From contig JBEKSD010000025.1 of NCBI GenBank assembly GCA_049517335.1, positions 1-11,059 of the forward strand: 11,059 bases of DNA. The letters run 5' to 3'. The DNA comes from Candidatus Omnitrophota bacterium (GTDB lineage Bacteria; Omnitrophota; Gorgyraeia; Gygaellales; Profunditerraquicolaceae). Positions 1 through 7,651 of the stretch are shown one piece after another. A program made the position numbers and the translations under genes. The notes beneath the pieces were generated by a model. It had not been told where the DNA came from, made no database searches, and saw nothing but the letters and a program-made list of their open reading frames with translations. Positions within the stretch are counted from its first letter, which is position 1. Every line of letters starts with the position of its first letter.

Positions 1-1
1 C

Positions 2-445
2 AATAACCTTACCCATAGTTACGCCACAGTCTCCAATTATCCCGGGACGACGGTTGAGGTCTCGCGCGGCACAGCCAAGATCGGCATAGAAGAGTTTGAA
101 ATCATAGATACTCCAGGGATGTATTCTCTATTTTCCATTACAGAAGAAGAGAAAGTGGCAGCGCGGATTATTTTAAATGAAAGACCCTGTATGGTACTGC
201 ATATAATTGACGCCAAGAACCTTGAACGGATACTTTCTTTAACATTACAGTTTTTAGAAGCGGCTATCCCGGTAATACTGGTTTTGAATATAATTGACGA
301 GGCAAGGGCATTAGGCATGAAGATTGATTTGGGGCGTTTGGAGAAAGAATTGAGCATTGCCGTTGTAGCCACTGTTGCGACAAGAGGGGAAGGTATGGAT
401 ATCTTAAGAGGTAGAATAGAAGAATATGCTGGTAAATTTTGCTAA
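2..445 (+). CDS. feoB: FeoB N-terminal GTPase domain as a separate ORF (5'-truncated by the window edge)
   Basis: The frame is open from base 2 (NNLTHSYATVSNYPGTTVEVSRG...IIDTPGMYSL), so the ORF-track start at 119 is an internal Met. It carries the FeoB G2 motif (NYPGTTVE), G3 motif (DTPGMYSL) and a G4-like NIIDE. It stops at TAA 443-445. Confidence 0.9.
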   Translation, partial: NNLTHSYATVSNYPGTTVEVSRGTAKIGIEEFEIIDTPGMYSLFSITEEEKVAARIILNERPCMVLHIIDAKNLERILSLTLQFLEAAIPVILVLNIIDEARALGMKIDLGRLEKELSIAVVATVATRGEGMDILRGRIEEYAGKFC

Positions 446-1883
446 AAAAATAGGTTATGATGATCCTCTGGAGATATATCTATCAAGGATAGAAGAGTTT
501 CTTTTAGGTGATTATTTCGTATCCAAGCGCTCAATCGCGCTCTTACTTTTTCAGAGGGATGAAGAAGTGCTTAAAGCCGCCACAGAAAAGGAAAAAGAGC
601 GCTTTAGCGCCATTACGGGTATTATTAACGAAGCGCAGGCTCATTATGCTCATCCGCTTATTTATATAATAAGTTTACGCAGGCAAAAAGAAGCCAACAG
701 GATAGCAAATAGCGTTGTTTCCGTTGTTGAAGGGCATAAGGTTTCATTAAGAGAAAAGATCAGTGGTATTCTTATGAACCCTTTTATGGGTGGTCCGATA
801 CTGATAGCGGTATTATATTACGGTTTATACAAATTTGTGGGCAGCTTTGGTGCAGGAGTCCTGGTTAATTTTCTGGAGGACAAAGTTTTTAGCCAGCATG
901 TTAACCCAGTTATGATTTTTTGGGTTCATAAGATTGTACCCTTCACATTATTACAGGATCTTCTTGTGGGGGAATACGGGATAATTACTTTGGGTATGCG
1001 CTATGCGTTCGCAATAATCCTCCCTATAGTAGCTACTTTTTTCTTTGCTTTTGCAATTGTTGAAGACACCGGTTATCTGCCAAGGTTAGCTATGCTGGTG
1101 GACCAGTTATTCAAAAGAATAGGTTTATCCGGCAGGGCGGTCATACCTCTTGTGTTGGGTTTTGGTTGTAGTACTATGGCCACAATGGTTACGCGGACAC
1201 TGCCGAGTAAAAGAGAGCGTATCATTGCTACTTTACTTTTATCTTTAGCTATTCCCTGTTCTGCCCAGATGGGCGTAATTTTGGCTTTACTCGCCGGTAA
1301 CCCTATTGGGACGCTAATTTGGCTGGCAGTAATTATATTAGTATTTTTACTTATCGGTATTCTGGCATCCAAGATTATGCCTGGTGAACTGCCTTCTTTT
1401 TACATGGAGATACCGCCGCTTCGCCTACCCCAGTTATCCAATATATTGCGTAAAACCCTAAGCAGGTTAGGTTGGTATTTCACCGAAATCCTGCCTCTTT
1501 TTATTATTGCCAGCGTTTTAATCTGGATAGGCCAGATTAGCGGCGTTTTTGGTATTTTGGTCAGGTTATTGCAGCATCCAGTAAGGTTACTTGGTCTGCC
1601 TGATAAGGCGGCGGTCGCCTTTCTGTTTGGATTTTTCCGCAGGGATTACGGCGCTGCCGGGCTTTATGATTTACAAAAAGCAGGGCTGCTATCGGCTAAT
1701 CAGGTTGTTATCGCCTGTATAACTTTAACTTTATTCCTGCCTTGCGTAGCCCAGTTATTGATGAACTTTAAAGAGCGCGGCATACGCATGGGCATAGCCA
1801 TATCTGTTTTTATTTTATTTTTTTCTTTTACTGTGGGGTATTTGGTAAATTTTACCTTTATATTGCTCAATATTCGTTTATAA
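426..1883 (+). CDS. feoB: FeoB helical (GDI-like) plus membrane/gate domains of the ferrous iron transporter
   Basis: 485 aa polytopic membrane protein with FeoB motifs EDTGYLPRLA, LGFGC, IPCSAQ, MEIPPLRLP and LFLPCVA. It has no GTPase domain and overlaps the GTPase ORF by 20 nt. The start codon is uncertain. Confidence 0.9.
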   Translation: MLVNFAKKIGYDDPLEIYLSRIEEFLLGDYFVSKRSIALLLFQRDEEVLKAATEKEKERFSAITGIINEAQAHYAHPLIYIISLRRQKEANRIANSVVSVVEGHKVSLREKISGILMNPFMGGPILIAVLYYGLYKFVGSFGAGVLVNFLEDKVFSQHVNPVMIFWVHKIVPFTLLQDLLVGEYGIITLGMRYAFAIILPIVATFFFAFAIVEDTGYLPRLAMLVDQLFKRIGLSGRAVIPLVLGFGCSTMATMVTRTLPSKRERIIATLLLSLAIPCSAQMGVILALLAGNPIGTLIWLAVIILVFLLIGILASKIMPGELPSFYMEIPPLRLPQLSNILRKTLSRLGWYFTEILPLFIIASVLIWIGQISGVFGILVRLLQHPVRLLGLPDKAAVAFLFGFFRRDYGAAGLYDLQKAGLLSANQVVIACITLTLFLPCVAQLLMNFKERGIRMGIAISVFILFFSFTVGYLVNFTFILLNIRL

Positions 1884-1906
1884 TACAAGAAATCGGAGAA
1901 GACAAA

Positions 1907-2164
1907 ATGTTATCAGGAAAGAAACATTGTGAAATTGTGATGCCCTTAGCAAAGCTTAAAATAAAGGAAAAAGGGCATATTGACTATTTGCAAACTAAAG
2001 ATCCGGCGCAAATGCATAAGTTAATGAGTATAGGAGCGATACCCGGGGTATCCATTATACTTTTACAGAGATTTCCTTCCTATGTCTTTAAAATAGGGCA
2101 AGCCCAGTTTGCCGTAGATAAGGAATTGGCAGCTGCGATTTACGTTCGTTTGAATAAAATATGA
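1907..2164 (+). CDS. feoA: FeoA family protein
   Basis: 85 aa with the FeoA-like pattern KLMSIGAIPGVSI...FAVDKELAAAIYV. A GGAGA Shine-Dalgarno lies upstream, and it directly follows feoB. Confidence 0.9.
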   Translation: MLSGKKHCEIVMPLAKLKIKEKGHIDYLQTKDPAQMHKLMSIGAIPGVSIILLQRFPSYVFKIGQAQFAVDKELAAAIYVRLNKI

Positions 2165-3159
2165 AAGCAATTGCTTTAATTTCGGGTGGGTTAGACAGCA
2201 TCTTATCGGCTAAGATTATCGATGAACTTGGCATCGAACTGGTAGCATTTAATACCAAGACCCCTTTTTGTCTTTGTGATCATCGTTCCTCTTTAGGTTG
2301 CGGCAGTGGTGCAAGGCGCGCTGCGGAAAAATTAAACCTTAAATTCATATCAGTCAATGTTTCCGAAGAGTTTTTTAGCATTATAAAGGATCCTAAACAT
2401 GGCTATGGCTCAAATATGAATCCTTGTATTGATTGCCGCATACTTTTATTTAGGAAGGCAAGAGAATGCATGGAAAAGGAAGGCGGGTCTTTCATAATTA
2501 CCGGAGAAGTTTTGGGACAGAGGCCGATGTCGCAAAGGCTGACAGTGATGAAGCTTATAGACCGAGAAGCGGGAGTAGAAGGTTTGGTGTTGCGTCCCTT
2601 ATCCGCGAAGGCCCTTAAACCGACAATTCCAGAGAATGTAGGGTGGGTTGACAGGGATAAGCTTCTTAAAATAACAGGAAGGGGCAGGAGGGAGCAGATA
2701 GCACTTGCCAATCAGTTCGGAATTGATGATTATCCGTGTCCGAGCGGCGGATGTTTGTTGACTGTTCCTGATTTTAGCAGGCGGGTAAGAGATCTTATAA
2801 AACACCAGGAGTTAAATTTGAGGAATGTCAATTTGTTAAAGATTGGCAGGCATTTCAGGCTTAACAGCAGGGCGAAATTAATCGTGGGGCGGAATGAGCG
2901 GGAAAATATGCTCCTTTCAGAGCTGGCGCATGAGAATGAGCATTTATTCTCTCCGGATGAACAATACGCCGGGCCTACTTCACTGGGTGTGGGCGTTTTT
3001 GATGACGATCTGATTAATATATCCGCCAAAATCACTGCCCGCTATTGCGATTTAGATAAAAACGGCGTTACTACGGTAGTATGCAAAAACAATAAAATCC
3101 ATACTAAATTCCAAGCCCAATTCACAAAAGAACCCTTCTATGAGCATTTAAGAATATAA
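2161..3159 (+). CDS. ThiI/MnmA-like PP-loop ATPase, putative tRNA sulfurtransferase (no THUMP domain)
   Basis: PP-loop SGGLDS at residues 8-13, plus NPCIDCR, TGEVLGQRPMSQ, GRGR and PSGGCLLT motifs. ATGA overlap with the feoA stop. Confidence 0.75.
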   Translation: MKAIALISGGLDSILSAKIIDELGIELVAFNTKTPFCLCDHRSSLGCGSGARRAAEKLNLKFISVNVSEEFFSIIKDPKHGYGSNMNPCIDCRILLFRKARECMEKEGGSFIITGEVLGQRPMSQRLTVMKLIDREAGVEGLVLRPLSAKALKPTIPENVGWVDRDKLLKITGRGRREQIALANQFGIDDYPCPSGGCLLTVPDFSRRVRDLIKHQELNLRNVNLLKIGRHFRLNSRAKLIVGRNERENMLLSELAHENEHLFSPDEQYAGPTSLGVGVFDDDLINISAKITARYCDLDKNGVTTVVCKNNKIHTKFQAQFTKEPFYEHLRI

Positions 3160-3166
3160 GTTTTAA

Positions 3167-3198
3167 CCTACGAGGTTAACATTGATTAACCTCGTAGG
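3167..3198. repeat. Perfect 13-bp inverted repeat with self-palindromic arms (REP/REPIN-like or terminator-like hairpin)
   Basis: CCTACGAGGTTAA (3167-3179), loop CATTGA, TTAACCTCGTAGG (3186-3198). It starts 7 nt after the stop at 3159 and has no clear downstream U-tract. Confidence 0.8.
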
Positions 3199-3229
3199 CT
3201 GGCTCGGGATCGGTTTTAGATAAAACTAC

Positions 3230-3258
3230 TTGAAGAAAGCCGCGGTTAGGAGTATAAT
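3230..3258 (+). promoter_or_regulatory. Sigma70-type promoter for marC-glgC-GNAT
   Basis: TTGAAG (3230-3235), 17-nt spacer, TATAAT (3253-3258). Confidence 0.7.
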
Positions 3259-3266
3259 TTTGTCCT

Positions 3267-3866
3267 ATGCTAAAAGCCTTTCAGCCCTATATACTTAGCT
3301 TCATACCTATATTCGTAGCAGTTGACGCCATAGGGAATATTCCGGTATTTGTTTCATTGGTTGAAGGCTTGAGCAGGAGGCAGAAGCGCAAAATTATAAT
3401 AGAGTCAGTAGTTACCGCAGCAGGCGTGGCGGTTGTTTTTATGCTGGTGGGTAAATTAGTACTGACTTCTTTGGGAATAACCATAGCTGATTTCCAGATT
3501 GCAGGAGGCGCTCTATTATTCGTAATAGCTGTGCGCCTGCTCCTACCCGGAGCATCTAAAGGCGTTTTGGTTGGGATTCATGAAAAAGACGTGGGGGTTT
3601 TCCCTTTAGGCACACCGCTCATAACCGGGCCGGCGGTATTAACCACGACCCTTATCATGCTTGACAGCTATGGCATAATACCGACTTTTGTTTCTCTGGT
3701 GTTTAATATGCTTATTGTCTGGATTACACTGGTTAAAGCGGATTATCTTATGAAGGTATTCGGAGCTGTCGGAACAAGGGCAGTGGCAAAGATAATGTAT
3801 ATTTTACTTGCGGCAATAGCCGTGATGATGGTTAGGCGTGGCATAACCGGGGCATTTTTAAAATGA
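3267..3866 (+). CDS. marC: MarC family integral membrane protein
   Basis: 199 aa with about 6 hydrophobic segments and MarC signatures FVAVDAIGNIPVF, FQIAGGALLF and VFPLGTPLITGPA. Confidence 0.88.
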   Translation: MLKAFQPYILSFIPIFVAVDAIGNIPVFVSLVEGLSRRQKRKIIIESVVTAAGVAVVFMLVGKLVLTSLGITIADFQIAGGALLFVIAVRLLLPGASKGVLVGIHEKDVGVFPLGTPLITGPAVLTTTLIMLDSYGIIPTFVSLVFNMLIVWITLVKADYLMKVFGAVGTRAVAKIMYILLAAIAVMMVRRGITGAFLK

Positions 3867-5089
3867 TGCGCAAAGTATTAACCTTTATTATGGCCGGCGG
3901 AAAAGGTGAGAGGCTTTATCCGCTGACCCGGGACCGGGCAAAACCCGCTGTCCCTTTCGGCGGGATTTACCGTATTATAGATTTTACTTTAAGCAACTGC
4001 ATTAATTCCGGCCTGCGCAAGATTTATCTTTTAACACAATATAAATCAGCGTCTTTACAAAGGCATATCCGCTTAGGTTGGAATATCCTGCCTTCCGAGC
4101 TGGGGCAATTTATTGAGTTGCTTCCCGCGCAGCAGAGAATCGGAGAATCCTGGTATCTGGGGACAGCAGACGCGATTTACCAGAATCTCTACACCCTTGA
4201 ACTTGACCGGCCGGATGAAGTCCTCATTTTGGCAGGCGACCATATTTATAAAATGAATTATTATTCCATGATTGATTATCACCGCGAGCAGGATGCGGAT
4301 CTGACTGTGGGCGTGGTTGAAATTGATAAAGAGAAGTCCGGGCAGTTCGGAGTGGTTGAAGTGGATAACCTTGGTTTGGTAACCGGTTTTCAGGAAAAAC
4401 CCAAGGATCCCAAGACCATACCGGTGCATCCGGATAAGGTTTACGCGTCAATGGGTATTTATATTTTTAAGTTAAGCTCCCTTGAGCAGGAATTGCATGA
4501 AGACGCTCACAAGCATAATTCAACCCATGATTTCGGAAAAGATATTATCCCGCAGATGTTAAAGAAGGGCCTGAAAGTAGCGGCCTACAATTTTATAGAC
4601 GAAAATAAGAAAGAGGCAAAATACTGGCGCGATATCGGGACCATTGATGCTTATTTTGAGTCGAACATGGATTTGGTTCAGGTTGACCCGGTGTTTAACC
4701 TCTACGATAAGGATTGGCCCATAAGGACTTTTCAGGAACAATTCCCTCCGGTAAAGACTATTTTTTCAGGGGAAGAAATAACCGGTAGGGTCGGCCTGGT
4801 GCTTGATTCTGTTGTCGCGGGCGGCTGTATTATAAGCGGCGGAAGGATGCAGCGCTCAATCCTATCTCCGAATGTTAGGATTAACAGTTATTCGCAGGTT
4901 TATGATTCAATTCTTATGGAAGGCGTTAATGTCGGCCGTTACGCCAAGATTAAACGGGCTATCATTGATAAGGACGTAAATATCCCGCAGGGCATGATTA
5001 TAGGTTATGACCATGATGAGGACAGGAAGAAGTTTTTTGTCAGTGAATCGGGAATAGTGGTTGTGGCTAAAGGGACTGAAATTAAATGA
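3863..5089 (+). CDS. glgC: Glucose-1-phosphate adenylyltransferase (ADP-glucose pyrophosphorylase)
   Basis: AGGKGERLYPLTRDRAKPAVPFGG, WYLGTADA, GDHIYKMNY, FQEKP, ASMGIYIF, DFGKDIIP and YWRDIGT motifs, with a C-terminal hexapeptide beta-helix region. ATGA overlap with marC. Confidence 0.97.
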   Translation: MMRKVLTFIMAGGKGERLYPLTRDRAKPAVPFGGIYRIIDFTLSNCINSGLRKIYLLTQYKSASLQRHIRLGWNILPSELGQFIELLPAQQRIGESWYLGTADAIYQNLYTLELDRPDEVLILAGDHIYKMNYYSMIDYHREQDADLTVGVVEIDKEKSGQFGVVEVDNLGLVTGFQEKPKDPKTIPVHPDKVYASMGIYIFKLSSLEQELHEDAHKHNSTHDFGKDIIPQMLKKGLKVAAYNFIDENKKEAKYWRDIGTIDAYFESNMDLVQVDPVFNLYDKDWPIRTFQEQFPPVKTIFSGEEITGRVGLVLDSVVAGGCIISGGRMQRSILSPNVRINSYSQVYDSILMEGVNVGRYAKIKRAIIDKDVNIPQGMIIGYDHDEDRKKFFVSESGIVVVAKGTEIK

Positions 5090-5535
5090 TCAGGAAAGCC
5101 AGAATAGACGACATAAAACAGATTCAGGCCTTAATCAACGTTTTTGCCAAAAAAGACCTTATGCTTTCACGCTCACTGAATGAGCTCTATGAGAATTTAA
5201 GGGATTACTGGCTTTATGAAGATGAAGGAAGAGTTATCGGCTGCGCTGCTTTGCATATCTCATGGGATAATTTAGCGGAAATAAAATCGGTAGCAGTGGC
5301 AAAAGCGCATCAGGAAAAAGGGATCGGAGGCCAGCTTATAACAGCCTGCCTTAATGAGGCGAAAAGTTTAGGGGCAAAAAAAGTTTTTGTCCTCACCTAC
5401 AAGCCCCAATTCTTTAAAAAATTCGGTTTTAAGCAGATAAAACAATCTGAGCTACCGCACAAAATATGGGCAGAGTGCATTAACTGCTGTAAATTCCCCA
5501 ATTGTCGGGAGATTGCCCTTCTAAAAGTATTGTAA
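5086..5535 (+). CDS. argA: GNAT acetyltransferase, short amino-acid N-acetyltransferase (ArgA-like, N-acetylglutamate synthase type)
   Basis: 149 aa with LAEIKSVAV, the acetyl-CoA motif QEKGIG, VFVLTY..FF.K.GF and C-terminal LPHKIWAECINC. The GNAT fold is secure; the ArgA function is inferred from family resemblance. Confidence 0.65.
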   Translation: MIRKARIDDIKQIQALINVFAKKDLMLSRSLNELYENLRDYWLYEDEGRVIGCAALHISWDNLAEIKSVAVAKAHQEKGIGGQLITACLNEAKSLGAKKVFVLTYKPQFFKKFGFKQIKQSELPHKIWAECINCCKFPNCREIALLKVL

Positions 5536-5603
5536 GTGAAGACATAAGTTATGGAGCCTCATACTAATTTTATACGGCATAATTTATCTATCTGAACTTA
5601 TCC

Positions 5604-5632
5604 TTGACATTTTTTGAATTTAAAGTTATTCT
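5604..5632 (+). promoter_or_regulatory. Sigma70-type promoter for the acyl-CoA dehydrogenase-etfBA operon
   Basis: TTGACA (5604-5609), 17-nt spacer, TATTCT (5627-5632). Confidence 0.7.
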
Positions 5633-5645
5633 TGATAACATATTT

Positions 5646-5663
5646 TTATAAAAAAATTGACAA
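5646..5663. promoter_or_regulatory. Putative Rex (NADH/NAD+ sensor) operator
   Basis: TTATAAAAAAATTGACAA matches TTGTNAANNNNTTNACAA with one mismatch. It lies just downstream of the predicted transcription start of a bcd-etf-type operon. Confidence 0.6.
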
Positions 5664-5676
5664 GGTTTAAAAATAA

Positions 5677-5695
5677 TCCCGACGTTATGTCGGGA
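5677..5695. repeat. GC-rich hairpin in the 5' leader
   Basis: TCCCGAC-GTTAT-GTCGGGA, a perfect 7-bp stem ending 11 nt upstream of the GGAGG Shine-Dalgarno (5707-5711). Confidence 0.65.
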
Positions 5696-5716
5696 GATTC
5701 ATTTATGGAGGTAACG

Positions 5717-6868
5717 ATGGATTATCTATTGACTGATGAACAGAAGATGGTAAAGGATTTAGCGCATAAGATCGCGGAGGAAAAAATTCGCCCGGTTGCC
5801 GCCAAATATGACCAGAGCGAAGAATATCCGTGGGATATAATTAAGGTAATTGCCGAAGCAGGGCTGTTCGGTTTGTTTATTCCTGAAGAGTACGGCGGAA
5901 TAAGCGTTAACGTCTTAAACCTTTGTTTAGCTACAGAAGAATTATCGCGCGCCTGCGGCGGTATTGCGGTTTGTTATGCAGCTTCAGCTTTAGGGACTTT
6001 CCCGATAATGCTTTTCGGGAATGATGAACAGAAGAAAAAATACCTGCCGGATTTAGCCAACGGAAAGAAAGTGGCGGCTTTTGCGGTAACTGAGCCTGAA
6101 GCTGGGTCTGACGCTTCGGCGATTAAAACGATCGCTAAAAAAGTCGGTGACCACTATGTGTTAAACGGACTGAAGCATTTTATTACCAACGGCGGAGACG
6201 CCGAGACTTATGTCGTCATCGCCATGACCGATAAAAATAAAGGCGCCCGCGGCGCGTCGGCTTTTATTGTTGAAAAAGGCACTCCCGGGTTTACTTTCGG
6301 AAAAAAAGAAGATAAGTTCGGCATCCGTGCTTCTTCAACAAGGGAATTGATATTTACCGAATGTAAAATTCCCGTGGCAAACCTCTTGGCTAAAGAAGGA
6401 ATGGGTTTTATCGTAACTATGCGGACATTTGATATGTCCCGTCCTGGAGTTGCGGCGCAGGCATTGGGTATTGCCCAAGGTGCTTTAGAATTAGCTGTAA
6501 AATACGCAAAAGAGAGGCATCAGTTCGGTAAGCCCATATCTAGCTTTCAAGGCCTGCAATGGATGATTGCCGATATGGCGACATCAATTGAAGCGGCAAG
6601 AGGGTTGGTTTATGCGACTGCGCGCATGGTTGACGCTGGGATTAAAGACGTAGCCAAAGAATCGGCAATGGCAAAGATGTATGCTTCGGACGTGGCGATG
6701 AAAGTGTCGGTTGACGCCTTGCAAATTTTCGGCGGATACGGTTATATGAGGGATTATCCTATTGAAAAATACGTGCGCGATGCCAAGATCACCCAGATTT
6801 ACGAAGGTACTAACCAGATCCAGAGGAGCATTATTGCTCTGGCAATAATCAAGGAAATGGCAAAGTAA
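5717..6868 (+). CDS. Acyl-CoA dehydrogenase (butyryl-CoA dehydrogenase/CarC-like), Etf-associated
   Basis: AFAVTEPEAGSDA, GLKHFITNG, RHQFGKPI, QIFGGYGY and IYEGTNQIQR (catalytic Glu) motifs. The start is reassigned to ATG 5717 (GGAGG at 5707-5711), giving 383 aa. Confidence 0.93.
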   Translation: MDYLLTDEQKMVKDLAHKIAEEKIRPVAAKYDQSEEYPWDIIKVIAEAGLFGLFIPEEYGGISVNVLNLCLATEELSRACGGIAVCYAASALGTFPIMLFGNDEQKKKYLPDLANGKKVAAFAVTEPEAGSDASAIKTIAKKVGDHYVLNGLKHFITNGGDAETYVVIAMTDKNKGARGASAFIVEKGTPGFTFGKKEDKFGIRASSTRELIFTECKIPVANLLAKEGMGFIVTMRTFDMSRPGVAAQALGIAQGALELAVKYAKERHQFGKPISSFQGLQWMIADMATSIEAARGLVYATARMVDAGIKDVAKESAMAKMYASDVAMKVSVDALQIFGGYGYMRDYPIEKYVRDAKITQIYEGTNQIQRSIIALAIIKEMAK

Positions 6869-7650
6869 TGAATATAATAGTCTGTATCAAGCAAGTCCCG
6901 GAAACAACGAACGTGAGGATTAATCCTGAAACGAATACCCTTATTCGAGAGGGCGTGAAGTCTATTATTAATCCTTTTGATATGTATGCCATTGAAGAAG
7001 GCGTGCGTTTAAAAGAAAAATTCGGCGGTAAATTAACGGTCCTTACCATGGGGCCTCCTCAGGCAGAAGCGGCATTAAGGGAAGCGATATCCCTTGGCGT
7101 TGATGAAGGAATTTTAGTCGGAGACCGGGCATTTGCCGGAAGCGACACTTGGGCAACCAGCTATACTTTGGCAAGCGCTATCAGAAAAATAGGAGTATTT
7201 GACTTGATTATCTGCGGAAAGCAGGCATCAGACGGCGACACGGCGCAGGTCGGGCCAGGAATATCAACGCATCTGGATATTCCGCAGGTAACTTATGTAA
7301 AAAAGGTTGAAGCGGTTAAAGAGAACAAAATACGCGTTGAAAGGATGATGGAGGAGGGGTATGAAATTATTGAGGCTCCGCTTCCGGCACTACTGACGGT
7401 CGTAAAAGAGATAAATGAGCCGCGTCTGCCTTCGTTAAAGGGGATGATGAAGGCTAAGAGCGCTAAAATTACTATGTGGGGGCAAAAAGACTTAAATTTA
7501 GACCCTCAGAGTATTGGTTTGTGTGGTTCACCTACTCAGGTTGTTAAAATCTTTACCCCGCCTCAGCGTACGGGAGGGCAGATGTTAAGCGGCGAAATAC
7601 CCGAGATAGCGGAAAAATTAGTTGCTGAATTAAAGGGCGAGGTGCTTTAA
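6868..7650 (+). CDS. etfB: Electron transfer flavoprotein beta subunit
   Basis: MNIIVCIKQVP, INPFDMYAIEE, FAGSDTWAT, GKQASDGDTAQVGP and NEPRLPS motifs. TAATG overlap with the dehydrogenase. Confidence 0.96.
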   Translation: MNIIVCIKQVPETTNVRINPETNTLIREGVKSIINPFDMYAIEEGVRLKEKFGGKLTVLTMGPPQAEAALREAISLGVDEGILVGDRAFAGSDTWATSYTLASAIRKIGVFDLIICGKQASDGDTAQVGPGISTHLDIPQVTYVKKVEAVKENKIRVERMMEEGYEIIEAPLPALLTVVKEINEPRLPSLKGMMKAKSAKITMWGQKDLNLDPQSIGLCGSPTQVVKIFTPPQRTGGQMLSGEIPEIAEKLVAELKGEVL

Positions 7651-7651
7651 T

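Noticed and set aside
5657-5685. Second TTGACA as a -35 element
   Set aside because: There is no plausible -10 box 16-18 nt downstream. It is better explained as the right half of the Rex-like palindrome.
5657-5716. TTG start at 5657 adding 20 aa to the acyl-CoA dehydrogenase
   Set aside because: It has no RBS and runs through the putative operator and hairpin. ATG 5717 has GGAGG and gives a typical MDYLLTDEQ N-terminus.
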